64,000 bases of DNA. Source: Malacoraja senta (Eukaryota). A program made the position numbers and the translations under genes. This document shows, one piece after another, positions 1-14,931 of this stretch; position 1 is the first letter of the stretch, and every line of letters starts with the position of its first letter. The stretch spans positions 124,001-188,000 of the forward strand of contig JAXLNO010000101.1 of assembly GCA_038087875.1 (NCBI GenBank), read 5' to 3'. The notes under the pieces were generated by a model, which was not told where the DNA came from, searched no databases, and saw only the letters and a program-made list of their open reading frames with translations.

Positions 1-3000
1 ATTTTCAATCTAAACCTTTTGCATTTTCAAACGAAACCTTTTGCATTTTCAAACCACCATTTACATTTTCAAAGCAAACCATCTTTTGCATTTTCTAACC
101 AATCCTCCTTTTGCATTTTCGAATCATATCTCATTTGGGATTTTCAAAGCAAACCTTTCGGATTTTAAAAACAAACCACCTTTTGCATTTTCAAAGCAGA
201 CTATCTTTTGTATTTTCAAAGCAAACCTTTTGCATTGTCATACCAAACCACCATTTGAATTTTTTAACCAAACCACCATTTGCATTTTCAAACCAAATCA
301 CCATTTGCATTTTCAAACCAAACCACCATTTGCATTTTCAAACCAAACCTCCTTTTGCATGTTCAAACCGAACCACCATTTGCATTTGCAAGCCAAACCA
401 ACATTGCATTTCCAAACCAAACCTCCTTTTGCATTTTCAAAGCAAACCTTTTGCATTTTCAAGCGAAACCGCCTTTTGCATTTTCAAACCAAACCACCTT
501 TTGCATTTTCAAAGCAAACCTTTTGCATTTTCATACCAAACCACCTTTTGCATTTTCAAACCAAACTTCCTTTTGCATTTTCATAGGAAACCTTTTGCAT
601 TTTCATAGCTAACCACCGTTTGCATTTTCAAAGCAAACCACCGTTTGCATTTTCAAAGCAATCCACCTTATGCATTTTCTAAGCAAACCTTTTGCATTTT
701 CAAAGCAAACCACCTTTTGCATTTTCAAACAAAACCTCCTTTTGCATTTTCAAACCAAACCTCCTTTTGCATCTTCAAAGCAAACTACCATTTCATTAGC
801 AAGCCAAACCACCATTTGCTTTTTCAAACCAAACCTCAGTCGCATTTTCAAACCAAACCACCCTTAGCATTTTCAAACCAAACCACCATTTGCATTTTCA
901 AACCAAACCACCATTTGCATTTTCAAAGCAAACCTTTTGCATTTTCAACACAAAACCTTTTGCAATTTCAAACCAAACCTTTTGCATTTGCAAACCAAAC
1001 ATTTTGCATTTTCAAACCAAGCCACTATTTGCATTTTCAAACAAAACCATCTTTTGCATTTTCAAAGCAAACCTTTTGCATTTTGAAACCAAACCACCAT
1101 TTGCATTTTCAAACCAAACCATCATTTGCATTTTCAAACCAAATAACCATTTGCATTTTCTAACAAAACCACCTTTTGCATTTTCAAAGCTAACCACCTT
1201 TTACATTTAAAATGCAAACTACCTTTTGTATTTTCAAAGTAAAACCTTTTGCATTTTCAAAGCAAATCTTTTATATTTTCAAACCAAACCAACTTTTTCA
1301 TTTCGAAACCAATCCACCATTTGCATTTTGAAACCAATCCACCTTTTGCATGTTCAAAGCAAACCTTTTGCATTTTCAAAGCAAACCTTTTGCATTTCCA
1401 AACCAAACCTTTTTCATTTTCAAACCAAACCACAATTTGCATTTTCAAACCAAACCACCATTTGCATTTTCAAACCAAACCATCTTTTGCATTTTCAAAG
1501 CAAACCTTTTGCATTTACAAATCAAACCTCATTTTGGATTTTCAAAGCAAAACTTTTCCATTTTCTAACCAATCCTGCATTTTCAAAGCAAACCACCTTT
1601 TGCATTTTAAAAACAAACTACCTTTTGTATTTTCAAAGCAAAACTTTTTGCATTTTCAAAGCAAACCTTTTCCATTTTCAAACCAAACCAACTTTTTCGT
1701 TTCCAAACCAATCCCCCATTTGCAGTTTCAAACCATACCACCTTTTGCATGTTCAAAGCAAACCTTTTGCATTTTCAAACCAAACCTTTTGCATTTTCAA
1801 TCTAAACCTTTTGCATTTTCAAACGAAACCTTTTGCATTTTCAAACCACCATTTACATTTTCAAAGCAAACCATCTTTTGCATTTTCTAACCAATCCTCC
1901 TTTTGCATTTTCGAATCATATCTCATTTGGGATTTTCAAAGCAAACCTTTCGGATTTTAAAAACAAACCACCTTTTGCATTTTCAAAGCAGACTATCTTT
2001 TGTATTTTCAAAGCAAACCTTTTGCATTGTCATACCAAACCACCATTTGAATTTTTTAACCAAACCACCATTTGCATTTTCAAACCAAATCACCATTTGC
2101 ATTTTCAAACCAAACCACCATTTGCATTTTCAAACCAAACCTCCTTTTGCATGTTCAAACCGAACCACCATTTGCATTTGCAAGCCAAACCAACATTGCA
2201 TTTCCAAACCAAACCTCCTTTTGCATTTTCAAAGCAAACCTTTTGCATTTTCAAGCGAAACCGCCTTTTGCATTTTCAAACCAAACCACCTTTTGCATTT
2301 TCAAAGCAAACCTTTTGCATTTTCATACCAAACCACCTTTTGCATTTTCAAACCAAACTTCCTTTTGCATTTTCATAGGAAACCTTTTGCATTTTCATAG
2401 CTAACCACCGTTTGCATTTTCAAAGCAAACCACCGTTTGCATTTTCAAAGCAATCCACCTTATGCATTTTCTAAGCAAACCTTTTGCATTTTCAAAGCAA
2501 ACCACCTTTTGCATTTTCAAACAAAACCTCCTTTTGCATTTTCAAACCAAACCTCCTTTTGCATCTTCAAAGCAAACTACCATTTGCATTTTGAATGCAA
2601 ACCTTTTGCATTTTCAAAGCAAACCACATTTTTATTTCCAAACCAAATCATCATTTACATTTTCAACACAAACCACCTATTGCATTTTCAAAGCAAACCA
2701 CCTTTTGCATTTTCAAAGCAACCTTTTTGCATTTTCAAACCATACCTCCTTTTGCATTTTCAATCCAAACCATTTGCGTTTTCAAACGAAACCACCATTT
2801 GCATTTTCAAACCCTAACCTTTCGCATTTTCAAACCTAACCATTTGCATTTTCAAACCAAACCTTTTGCATTTCCAAACCAAAACTCCTTTTGCATTTTC
2901 AAACCAAACCTCCTTTTGCATTTTCAAATCAAACCATCATTTGCATTTTCAAACCAAACCACCATTTGCATTTTCAAAGCAAACCACCATTTGCATTTTC

Positions 3001-4031
3001 AAACAAAACCACCATTTGCATTTTCAAAGCAAACCTTTTCCATTTTCAAAGCAGACCTTTTGCATTTCAGACCTAACCTTTTTGAATTTTCAAACCAAAC
3101 CTTTATTATTTTTCTAACCAAACGTTTTGCATTTTCAAGCCAAACCACCATTTGCTTTCTCAAACCAAATCACCATTTGCATTTTGAAACCAAACCATCT
3201 TTTGCATTTTCCAACCAAACTTTCTTTTGCATTTTCAAAGCAAACCTTTTGCATTTTCAAAGCAAACCTTTTGCATTTTGCAGCAAAACCTCCTTTTACA
3301 TTTTCAAACCAAACCGCCATTTGCATTTTCAAACCAAACCACTATTTGCATTTTCAAACCAAACCCCGTTTTCCATTTTCAAACCAAATTTCCTTTTGCC
3401 TTCTCGAACCAAACCTTTTGCATTTTCAAAACAAACCTTTTGCATTTTCAAACCAAATCGTTTGCATTTTCAAAGCAAATATTTAGCATTTTCAAAGCAA
3501 ACTTTTTGCATTTTCAAAGCAAACCACCTTTTGAATTTTCAATGCAAACAACCTTTTGCATTTTGAAAGCAATCCTTTTGCATTTTCAAAGCAAACCACC
3601 TTTTGCATTTCCAAACCAAACCACCATTTGCATTTTCAAATCAAACCACCATTTGCATTTTCAAACCAAACCTCTTTTCGCATTTTCAAATCAAACCTAT
3701 TGCAATTTCAAAGCAAATCTTTTGCATTTTCAAAGCAAACCTTTTGTATTTTCAAAGCAAACCTTTTGCATTTTCAAAGCAAACCTTTTGCATTTTCATA
3801 GCAAATCACCTTTTGCATTTTCATAGCAAATCACCTTTTGAATTTTCATAGCAAACTACCTTTTGCATTTTCAAAGCAATCCTACTTTTGCATTTTCAAA
3901 GCAAAAAGCCTTTTGCATTTTCAAAGCACACCACCTGTTGCCTTTTCAAAGCAAACCTCCGTTTGCATTTTCAAAGCAATCCACCTTTTGCCTTTTCAAC
4001 GAGAGAATTGCATTTCCATTTGCATTTGCAT
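1..4031. repeat. Satellite array, block 1 (22/25-nt monomers, consensus [A/T]TTTGCATTTTCAAA[C/G]CAAACC[ACC])
   Basis: Continuous head-to-tail monomers; + strand is very G-poor; runs off the left window edge. Confidence 0.97.
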
Positions 4032-5001
4032 TTTGGACCAGGGAATTGAATGCAACATCTCCGAGTTTGCGGATGGCACGGAGCTGGGGGGGCAGTGTTA
4101 GCTGTGAGGAGGATGCTAGGAGGATGCAAGGTGACTTGGATAGGCTGGGTGAGTGGGCAAATGCATGGCAGATGCAGTACAATGTAGATAAATGTGAGGT
4201 TATCCACTTTGGAGGCAAAAACAGGAAAGTAGACTATTATCTGAATGCTGGCCGATTAGAAAAATGGGAGATGCAACGAGTCCTGGGTGTCATGGTACAC
4301 CTGTCATTGAAAGTAGGCATGCAGGTGCAGCAGGCAGTGAAGAAAGCGAACGGTATGTTAGCATTCATAGCAAAAGGATTTGAGTATAGGAGCAGGGAGG
4401 TTCTACTGCAGTTGTATAGGGACTTGTGAGACCACACCTGAACTATTGCGTAGTTTTGGTCTCGAAATCTGAGGAAAGACATTCTTGCCTTAGAGACAGT
4501 ACAGAGAAGGTTCACCAGACTGATTCCTGGGATGTCAGGAATTTCATATTAAGAAAGACTGGATAGACTAGGTTTGTACTCGCTAGAATTTAGAAGATTG
4601 AGGGGGGGGTTTATAGAAACGTACAAAATTCTTAAGGGGTTGGAAAGGCAAGATGCAGGAAGATTGTTCCCGATGTTGGGGAAGTCCAGAACAAGGGGTC
4701 ACAGTTTAAGGATAAAGGGGAAATCTTTTAGGACCGAGATGAGAAAAACATTTTTCAAACAGAGAGTGGGGAATCTCTGGAATTCTCTCCCACAAAAGTT
4801 AGTTGAGGCCAGTTCATTGGCTATATTTAATAGGGAGTTAGATGTGGCACTTGTGGCTAAGGAGATCAAGGGGTATGGCAAGAAGGCAGGTACAGGATAC
4901 TGAGTTGGATGATCAGCCATGATAATATTGAATGGCGGTGCAGGCTCGAAGAGCCGAATGGCCTACTCCTGCACCTATTTACTACGTTTCTATGTTTCTA
5001 T
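4032..5001 (+). mobile_element. CR1 LINE, 5'-truncated 3' fragment inserted in the satellite
   Basis: Translates to CR1 RT C-terminus (LDRLGEWANAWQMQYNVDKCEVIHFG; YSLEFRRLRG; NLWNSLP) with stops/frameshifts; CR1 3'UTR ends in a TTTCTATG-type tail at ~4988-5001. Confidence 0.93.
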
Positions 5002-8000
5002 ATTTTCAAAGCAAACCTTTTGCATTTTCAAAGCAAACCACCTTTTGCATTTTCAAACCAAACCTCCTTTTGCATTTTCAATCCAAACCACCCTCAGCAT
5101 TTTCAAACCAAACCACTATTTGCATTTTCAAACCAAACCACCATTTGCATTTTCAACCAAACCTCCTTTTGAATTCTCAAACAAAGCCACCATTTCCATT
5201 AGCAAGCCGAACCACCATTTGCTTTTGCAAACCAAACCACCAGTGGCATTTTCAAGCCAAATCACCAGTCGCATTTTCAAACCAAACCACCAATTGCATT
5301 TTCAAAGCAAACCTTTTGCATTTTCAAAGCAGACCTTTTGCATTTTCAAACCAAACCTTTTGCATTTTCAAAACAAACCTTTTGCATTTTCAAACCAAAC
5401 CTTTTGCATTTTCAAACCGAACCACCTTTTGCATTTTCAAAGCAAACCACCTTTTGCATTTTCAAAGCAAACTACCTTTTCCATTTTCAAAGCAAACCTT
5501 TTGCATTTTCAAAGCAAACCTTTTGCATTTTCAGAGCAAACCTTTTGCATTTTCAAACCAAACCACCATTTGCATTTTCAAACCAAACCACCATTTGCAT
5601 TTTTAAACCAAGCTACCATTTGCATTTCAAACAAAACCTCCTTTTGCATTTTCAAACAAAACGACCATTTGCATTAGCAAACCGAACCTCCATTTCCTTT
5701 TTCAAACCAAACCACCAATTGCATTTTCAAACTAAACCTTTGAATTTTCAAACAAAACCAACAATTGCATTTTCTATCCAAAGCGTTTGCATTTTCAAAC
5801 AACACCAACGCTTCCATTTTCAAACCAAACCTCTTTTGCATTTTCAATCCAAACCACCATTTGCATTTTCAAACCAAACCATCTTTTGCATTTTCAAAGC
5901 AAACCTTTTGCATTTTCAAACCAAACCAAACCTTTAGCATTTACAAAGCAAACCACCTTTTGAATTTTCAAAACAAACCAACTTTTGCATTTTCAAATCA
6001 AACCACCATTTGTATTTTCAAAACAAATAGCCATTTGCATTTTCAAACCAAACCACCTTTTGCAATTTAAAATCAAACCTAATTTTGGATTTTCAAAGCA
6101 AACCTTTTGGATTTTCAAACCAAACCACCTTTTGCATTTTCAAAGAAACCACCTTTTGCATTTTGAAGCCAAACATTTTGAATTTTCAAAGCAAACACCA
6201 TTTGCATTTTCAAATCAAACCACCATTTGCATTTTCAAAGCAAACCTTTTTTCGCATTTTCAAATCAAACCTTTTGCATTTTTATAACAAACCTATGGCA
6301 TTTTCATAGCAAACCACCTATTACATATTCGTAGTAAACCGCCTTTTGCATTTTCAAAGCAAACCACCTTTTGAATTTTCAAAGCAAACAACCGTTTGCA
6401 TTTTCAATGCAATCCACATTTTGTATTTTCAAAGCAAACCAACATTTGCATTTTCAAAGCAAACCTTTTGCATTTGCAAAGCAAACCACCTTTTCCATTT
6501 TCGAACCAAACCTCCTTTTGCATTTTCAAACCAAACCACCATTTGCATTTTCAAACCATACAACCATTTGCATTTTCAAACCAAACCACCATTTGCATTT
6601 TCAAACCAAACCTCCCTTTGCATTTTCAAACAAAACCACCATTTCATTAGCAAGCCAAACCACCATTTGCTTTTTCAAACCAAACCTCAGTCGCATTTTC
6701 AAACCAAACCACCCTTTGCATTTTCAAACCAAACCACCATTTGCATTTTCAAACCAAACCACCATTTGCATTTTCAAAGCAAACCTTTTGCATTTTCAAA
6801 ACAAAACCTTTTGCAATTTCAAACCAAACCTTTTGCATTTGCAAACAAAACATTTTGCATTTTCAAACCAAGCCACTATTTGCATTTTCAAACAAAACCA
6901 TCTTTTGCATTTTCAAAGCAAACCTTTTGCATTTTGAAACCAAACCACCATTTGCATTTTCAAACCAAACCATCATTTGCATTTTCAAACCAAATAACCA
7001 TTTGCATTTTCTAACAAAACCACCTTTTGCATTTTCAAAGCTAACCACCTTTTACATTTAAAATGCAAACTACCTTTTGTATTTTCAAAGTAAAACCTTT
7101 TGCATTTTCAAAGCAAATCTTTTATATTTTCAAACCAAACCAACTTTTTCATTTCGAAACCAATCCACCATTTGCATTTTGAAACCAATCCACCTTTTGC
7201 ATGTTCAAAGCAAACCTTTTGCATTTTCAAAGCAAACCTTTTGCATTTCCAAACCAAACCTTTTTCATTTTCAAACCAAACCACAATTTGCATTTTCAAA
7301 CCAAACCACCATTTGCATTTTCAAACCAAACCATCTTTTGCATTTTCAAAGCAAACCTTTTGCATTTACAAATCAAACCTCATTTTGGATTTTCAAAGCA
7401 AAACTTTTCCATTTTCTAACCAATCCTGCATTTTCAAAGCAAACCACCTTTTGCATTTTAAAAACAAACTACCTTTTGTATTTTCAAAGCAAAACTTTTT
7501 GCATTTTCAAAGCAAACCTTTTCCATTTTCAAACCAAACCAACTTTTTCGTTTCCAAACCAATCCCCCATTTGCAGTTTCAAACCATACCACCTTTTGCA
7601 TGTTCAAAGCAAACCTTTTGCATTTTCAAACCAAACCTTTCGCATTTTCAATCTAAACCTTTTGCATTTTCAAACGAAACCTTTTGCATTTTCAAACCAC
7701 CATTTACATTTTCAAAGCAAACCATCTTTTGCATTTTCTAACCAATCCTCCTTTTGCATTTTCGAATCATATCTCATTTGGGATTTTCAAAGCAAACCTT
7801 TCGGATTTTAAAAACAAACCACCTTTTGCATTTTCAAAGCAGACTATCTTTTGTATTTTCAAAGCAAACCTTTTGCATTGTCATACCAAACCACCATTTG
7901 AATTTTTAAACCAAACCACCATTTGCATTTTCAAACCAAACTACCATTTTCATTTTCAAATCAAACCTTTAGCATTTTCAAACAAAACCGACATTTGCAT

Positions 8001-9556
8001 TTTCAATCCATACCTTTTGCATTTTTAAACAAAACCAACATTTGCATTTTCAAACCAAACCAACATTTGCATTTTCAAACAAAACCACCATTTGAATTTT
8101 CAAACCAAACCACATTTTGCATTTTCAAACCAAACCATTTGCATTTTCAAACCAAACCTTGAGCAATTTCAAAGCAAACCACCTTTTGAATTTTCTAACC
8201 AAATCACCTTTTGCATTTTCAAACTAAACCTCCTTTTGCATTTTCAAACCAAACCTCATTTTGCATTTTCAAACCAAACCACCATTTGCATTTGCAAACC
8301 AAATCACCATTTGCATTTTCAAACCAAACCTCCTTTAGCAATTTCAAATCAAAACTCATGTTGGATTTTCAAAGCAAACCTTTTGCATTTTCGAAGCAAA
8401 CCACCTTTTACATTTTCAAATAAAACCACCATTTACCATTTTCATACCAAACCACCATTTGCATTTCCAACCAAACCTCTTTTCACATTTTCAAATCACA
8501 CCTTTTGCAATTTCAAAGCAAACATTTTGCATTTTTAAAGCTAACCTTTTGCATTTTTAAAACAAAGCTATGGCATTTTCATAGCAAACCACCTATTGCA
8601 TTTTCATAGTAAACCACCTTTTGCATTTTCAAAGCAAACCACCTTCTGCATTTTGAAAGCAAACCGCCTTTTGCATTTACAAAGCAAACCACCTTTTGAA
8701 TTTTCAAAGAAACCACCGTTTGCATTTTCAAAGCAATCCACCTTTTGCATTTTCTAAGCAAACCAACTTTTGTATTCTCAAACCAAACCACCATTTGCAT
8801 TTTCAAAACAAACCACCATTTGCATTTTCAAACCAAACCACCATTAGCATTTTCAAACCAAACCTCCTTTTGCATTTTCAAACAAAACCACCATTTGCAT
8901 TAGCAATCCAAACCACCATTTGCATTTTCAAACCAAACCTTTTGCATTTTCAAAGCAGACCTTTTACATTTTCAAACCAAACCATTTGCATTTTCAAACC
9001 AAACCGTTTGCATTTTCAAACCAAACCTTTTGCATTTGCAAACCAAACCACCATTTGCATTTTCAAACAAAACCATCTTTTGCATTTTTAAAGCAAACCA
9101 TCGTTTGCATTTTCAATGCAAACAATCTTTTGCATTTTCAAAGCAATCATTTTGCATTTTCAAACCAAACCACAATTTGCATTTTCAAACCAAACCACCA
9201 TTTGCATTTTCAAACCAAATAACCATTTGGATTTTCTTACCAAACCACCTTTTGCATTTTCAAAGCAAACCACCTTTTGCATTTTAAAAGCAAACTACAT
9301 TTTGTATTTTCAAAGCAAACCTTTTGCATTTTCAAAGCAAACCTTTTGCATTTTCAAACCAAACCGCCATTTGCATTTTCAAAACAAACCACCATTTGCA
9401 TTTTCAAACCAAACCACCATTAGCATTTTCAAACCAAACCTCCTTTTGCATTTTCAAACAAAACCACCATTTGCATTAGCAATCCAAACCACCATTTGCA
9501 TTTTCAAACCAAACCACCATTTGCATTTTCAAACCAAACCATCTTTTGCATTTTCA
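5002..9556. repeat. Satellite array, block 2
   Basis: Same 22/25-nt monomers. Confidence 0.97.
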
Positions 9557-12500
9557 TTTTTTTCAAAATATTTTAATTTTATTAGAAGTATGTAGAATCA
9601 TATGGCACCAAAGTGCCTAATATATATTGACATAATAATTTTATGTACAGCTTCTTATTTTTTTATTATAATAAAGAAGAAAAAGAAAAAGAGAATAGAT
9701 AATAAAAGATAGAACAACGTGAGATATATAGTGTGTGAAAAATAAAAAAAATGAGTGAAAGAAGAAAAGTGAAGAAAAGAAGATAGAAAGAAAGAGAATA
9801 GAAAAGAAAAAAGAAAAATAAGGAGATCATTATTTATCATCTTGACCATTCCTCACCCAGTCCTGGAACAGTTAGCTTCTAGAATTGTGTTGCACCATAT
9901 GCTTCCAAAAAGACGACAAATGTAGACCAACTCGTTGGTCTGATTTATCTATTAGGAGGAATCGCATTTCCTCAAGATGTGCGGTGTCCAACATGTTTGA
10001 AATCCACATTGTAAGTGTTGGTATTGGTGTATTTTTCCAGAATTTAAGTATTAGTTGTTTTGCTATTATTTTAACATAATTAAAAAATAAATGTTGAGAT
10101 GAGTTCAATTTATTCCCATCTTCCATTACTCCAAATATAATCATTTCAGTATTAGGTTCCATTTTTATCGAATAATTTTGTAAATATTTCAAAAATATCA
10201 CTCCAAAATTTATAACGTTTTATGCAGGAAACGAAATAGTGTGTAATAGTTGCGTTTTGCGAAAGACATTTATCACAAATGGGGGATATATTTAGTTTAA
10301 ATTTATTCAATCTAGTTTTTGAATAATATGACCTATGTAAAATTTTAAATTGAATTAAATTATGTCTTGCATTAATCGAACATTTGTGTATATATATCAA
10401 ATACTTTTCCCATGTAACCTTCGTAATTGTTATCATTAATTCCCGTTCCCACTCTTCTCTAAGTACCTCTGTCGATGGTAGGTCTATATTTAAAATACTA
10501 TTATATAAATATGATATTAATTTCTGTGTCAGCCTTAATATTCATTGCTTCTTCCAGTAAATCACAAGTTATGTTTTGATATCCTTGTATGTATTTCTTC
10601 ATGAAATCGCAAATCTGAAGATATTTAAAATATTGGATACATTTCAGTTTAAATTGTAATTGTAATTGTTGGAATGATAATAGGTTTCCCATTTCATACA
10701 TATCACCGATCATTTTAATTCCCATTCTTTCCCATTGGTTATATGTTTTATCAATAAGAGATGGTTTAAATGAAGGATTATTCGCTATTGGCATTAACAA
10801 TGATAGATTTCTTAATTTTAGAGATAATTTTATTTGTTTCCAAATATTTATTGTATCATGTATAATTGGGTTCTTCTTAGATATTGTGTTGTTCAGGTTT
10901 GTTGGGGAGAAGAGGATAGTCCCTATATTACAAGGAAAACAATCCTCTTTCTCCATTCTTATCCATTCTGTCTGTTGGGTAGACCTGTCCAACCAGTAAA
11001 TTATATTCTTAATATACACTACCCAATTGTAATACAAAACGTTCGGAAGTGAAAGTCCCCCGACCTCTTTTGGTTTACATAAGTGTTTTTTTTTTAATTC
11101 TGTGTGATCTATAATCCCAAATAAAATTAGTAATATTAAAGTCTCATTTAAAAAAAAAATGGTATATATAATGGTATAGATTGAAATAGGTATAATATTT
11201 GTGGTAGAAGGATCATTTTTATAGCGTGTATTCTACCTATTAATGATAAGGGAGGTGTTTTCCAGAATTTAATCAACGTGTTGAGTTTATTTAATAAAGG
11301 CATAAAATCAGCGTTAAATAATGTTTTATATTTTCTAGTAATTTGAATACCCAAATATTTAAATTTTTCTGGTGCAATTTTAAAGGGGAATTTCAATAAG
11401 TGTGTAGATTTTTAGGTTTTAACGTCATGATTTAACTTTTATTCCAGTTTATCCTATATCCAGAAAAGGACCCGAATTCCTCCATTAAATTTAATAAATT
11501 GGGTATGCTCGTTTGTGAATTTGTAATATATCAAAGTATATCGTCTGCATACAATGACATTTTATTATTTGACTCCCTAGTATTGTATCCCTGGATATTC
11601 GGATGAATGCTTATACTATCAGCCAGGGGCTCTATCATAAGGGCAAATAGCAGGGGTGATAGCGCACATCCCTGCCTAATACCCCTTGATAATTGAAATT
11701 TTGGAGATAACATATTATTGGTTAATATTCGTGCCATCGGTTTATCATATAATAATTTTACCCATGCAATAAAATTCTCTCCCATATTTTTGCAGTACTT
11801 TATATAAATACTGCCACTCTACCTGATCAAATGCTTTCTCTGCGTCCAGAGAAACAATTGATATATCTTCTTCCTCCGTTTTTTGTGAGTACATTATATT
11901 AAACAGGCGTCTCAAATTATTAAATGGGTGTCTTTTGGGTATAAATCCCGTTTGATCAAGGTTTATCAATTTACTAATATATTTAAAACAAGACTGAAAA
12001 CGTTTATGCTTACTTTCGCTTTCAGCTAAATCTTAACTACATTGCACTTTTAACTTTTGCACTTTTCTATAATGCATTTTTAACTTTGCTTTTATTTTAT
12101 TTTAATTCTTCTATTTTATTTCATTTTATTATTTCATTTTATTGTATGACATATTTTTATGTGAAGCACTTTGAGTCTGCCTCGTGTATGAAATGTGCTA
12201 TATAAATAAAGTTGCAGTTGCAGTTGCAGTTACTCAATCTTCTTCCTAAAGTGTTTGCTAAAATTTTCTGGTCTGTATTTAAAAGTGATATAGCTCTATA
12301 TGAGCCCGGATCATCTAAATCTTTATCTTTTTTTGGAGTAAGCGTAATATTTGATTCTGCTAATGTTTCAGTAGTTTATTTTCTTTAAAAGCGTGAGTAT
12401 ATAAATTAAATAAGTATGGAGTCGTTATCTCATGAAATCTTTTATAAAATTCATTACTAAAATCATCTGGTCCAGGTGTCTTACCATTTTTCAACGATTT

Positions 12501-14931
12501 TATTGTTTCACCTATTCTTCGAGTGTAATCTGAGCTCCAAGTTCCTCTAGTTCCGAAAGATCAAGTTTTGGAAGATTACAGTTATCTAAAAAAATTATTA
12601 TTTTACTATCTTCTATTTTAGTTTTAGATGTATATAAATTTTGATAAAATTGAGCAAATCTATTGTTAATATCTTTAGGTAATATTAATAATTCACCTTT
12701 CTCTGATTTAATTTTAGTTATAGTATTTTCCTTTTCTTGTTTTTTCAATTGACGGGCGAAAAAAGCTTATGTGGTTTGTCACCAAATTCAAAATGTTCCT
12801 GTTTTGTAATTTGGAATAATATTATTACACTTGCCGATAAAATTCGATTAAGTTAAAATGTCAGTAGTATTATCTTATTATGTTTATCTGTAGTAGGATC
12901 TTTGGCATTATCTAACTCTAACTATCTAATTTCTTGTTCTAGCAACATTTGTTCTGTCTTATTTTTTTATTTTGAAAAATTTGATATGAAATTATAATTC
13001 CTCTAATAAATGCCTTGAAAGTTTCCCATAATAAAGAAGGAGAAATACCTGGTGTATCATTTGTCTAAAAAAAGTTTAATTTGTTGTTTTAAATATTGAT
13101 AACCTTGTAAGTCGTTTAAAATTTGTGTATTATACCTCCAAAAATATTTTTTACCGGGCATTCCCTCGAAATGTACTAAAAATGTCAACGGGGAATGATC
13201 AGAAATACTACTGATGTGGTATGTTGGATTAATTGTATATGGCATTAATTTCATATCCACTAAAAAATAATAAATTCGTGAATGTTTTATATACCAATGA
13301 GTAAAACGAGAATTCCCTTACAGTTGGATTAGCAGTTCTCCGTACATCTGTTATATTATTATTTTTATATATATATTTAGAAGTTCACTAGTCTTAGATT
13401 TTAAATTACCCCTCCTTTGTTTTGCTGATTTATCTAAGTATGGATCTAAAACACAATTGAAATCCCCCCCTATTATTACATTTTGGTAATAAACTCTGAT
13501 ATTATATCTATAATTTTATTTAAAAATTGGGGGTTGTCTAAATTCGGAGCGTAAATATTTATCATAGTTAGTGGGGTTGAATAAATTTCTCCCGAAACTA
13601 AAATATACCTTCCCTCTTTATCTGAAATAGTATTCTTTAATTTAAAAGGTATACCTTTCCGAATTATAACAGCCGTACCTCTAGATTTAAAAGTAAATGA
13701 AGAATAATATGTTTGACCTATCCACTTCGCCTTTAATCTCATCTGTGTTGTTGTTTCATGTGGGTTGCCTGCAAAAACATTATGTCGCATTTCAAAGATT
13801 TTAATTGAACAACAATTGTACCTTCCTTAATTGGTTCATTGGCACCCCTTATATTCCAACTAAAAAATGTAATTCCTCCATTATTTGTCTATCGTCTTGC
13901 ATTATATATCAGTATAGTGTTCTTGAATCATATGGTGCAACCAAATACCTCAGAATTCTGGATGCTGGGTGGTCATCCCGAGGTTTTAGATTCATGTTAC
14001 ATCTCCTTCCTGTATAGTGCCTTAGAAAAAGAAAGGAAAATGTGATATAAAATTGATTACAAAAAAAATAAGCAACTAGAATTCTTTATAATGATTTAGA
14101 AAAAAGTGATGTTAAGGTATCTAAGAAAAGATACGTTAAAAACGAATAGCCACCTAAGGTGGCGAAAAAGTTATGGACTTCCGTTGATGTTGTTGTACAT
14201 TGAGCTCCCACCCTTTAGCAGAGCTTCATGAAAAGCTACGGATCGTTTCATATGTTGTCTTTTTTATATAAATTTATCAAACCAGTACCAGTAAAAACAG
14301 AAAGAGTTCAGAAAAATAAATAAAAAATAAAACAACAAATATAAAACACAACGTATGTTCAGTTATATAAGTATATATGCCTTTGCAATTAATCTAACCT
14401 TAATCTAGTCTAAACTTTACCATATATATCCACCCAAAATTCTTACATAATGTCCCATTCTTTAACTACAATACAAGCAAGTACCAAGGGGTTAAACAAA
14501 ACCACACTTCTGGATCTTTTTCCAAGTGTATACTGCGCGTGAATCCTCCTTCACACACAGTATTAGTTTGTTGGTATTATTATGAACATTTTAGTTAGTT
14601 GCTATATATAGGTATATATGATCAATATTAGTTCATTTACCTTAACTATTTTAAATATATAAACTCAAATTATGTACACTCCCATTATCTCTTTCCCCGC
14701 CTCATGGGTTATTCATATTTGCCGCATACATTAACAAATAATTAGTATTATTAAATTTGTTAAAATAATTGGTTAATTATAATTAAAACATAATGATTAG
14801 AGATTTTCTTAAATCAACATTTTTTAATATTCCAATCAATATTATCTCGTTCCACGTCCCTTATACATTCACTCATTAATTATGTATCTTCAACGTTCCT
14901 TTCTTTATCTTTAAGCTTTTCATTCAAGGTG
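9557..14931 (-). mobile_element. L1/Tx1-clade LINE, 5'-truncated (no ORF1), decayed ORF2
   Basis: T-run at 9557-9563 and TTTATT at ~9578 (poly-A remnant and AATAAA on minus). ORF2 pieces: APE (SWNIRG near 13850, INIYAPN, SDHSP) and RT (DQTGFIPKR, SLDAEKAFD, GIRQGCALSPLLF, SLYADD). About 1 kb of AT-rich upstream spacer at 13910-14931. Confidence 0.93.
11985..12231 (+). mobile_element. L2 LINE 3' end nested in L1 ORF2
   Basis: Reads FKTRLKTFMLTFAFS*, then GTGAAGCACTTTGAG...TGCTATATAAATAAA and a (GTTGCA)n tail, typical of L2 ends. Removing it restores the L1 frame LANTLGRRLS|KYISKLINLDQTGF. Confidence 0.8.
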
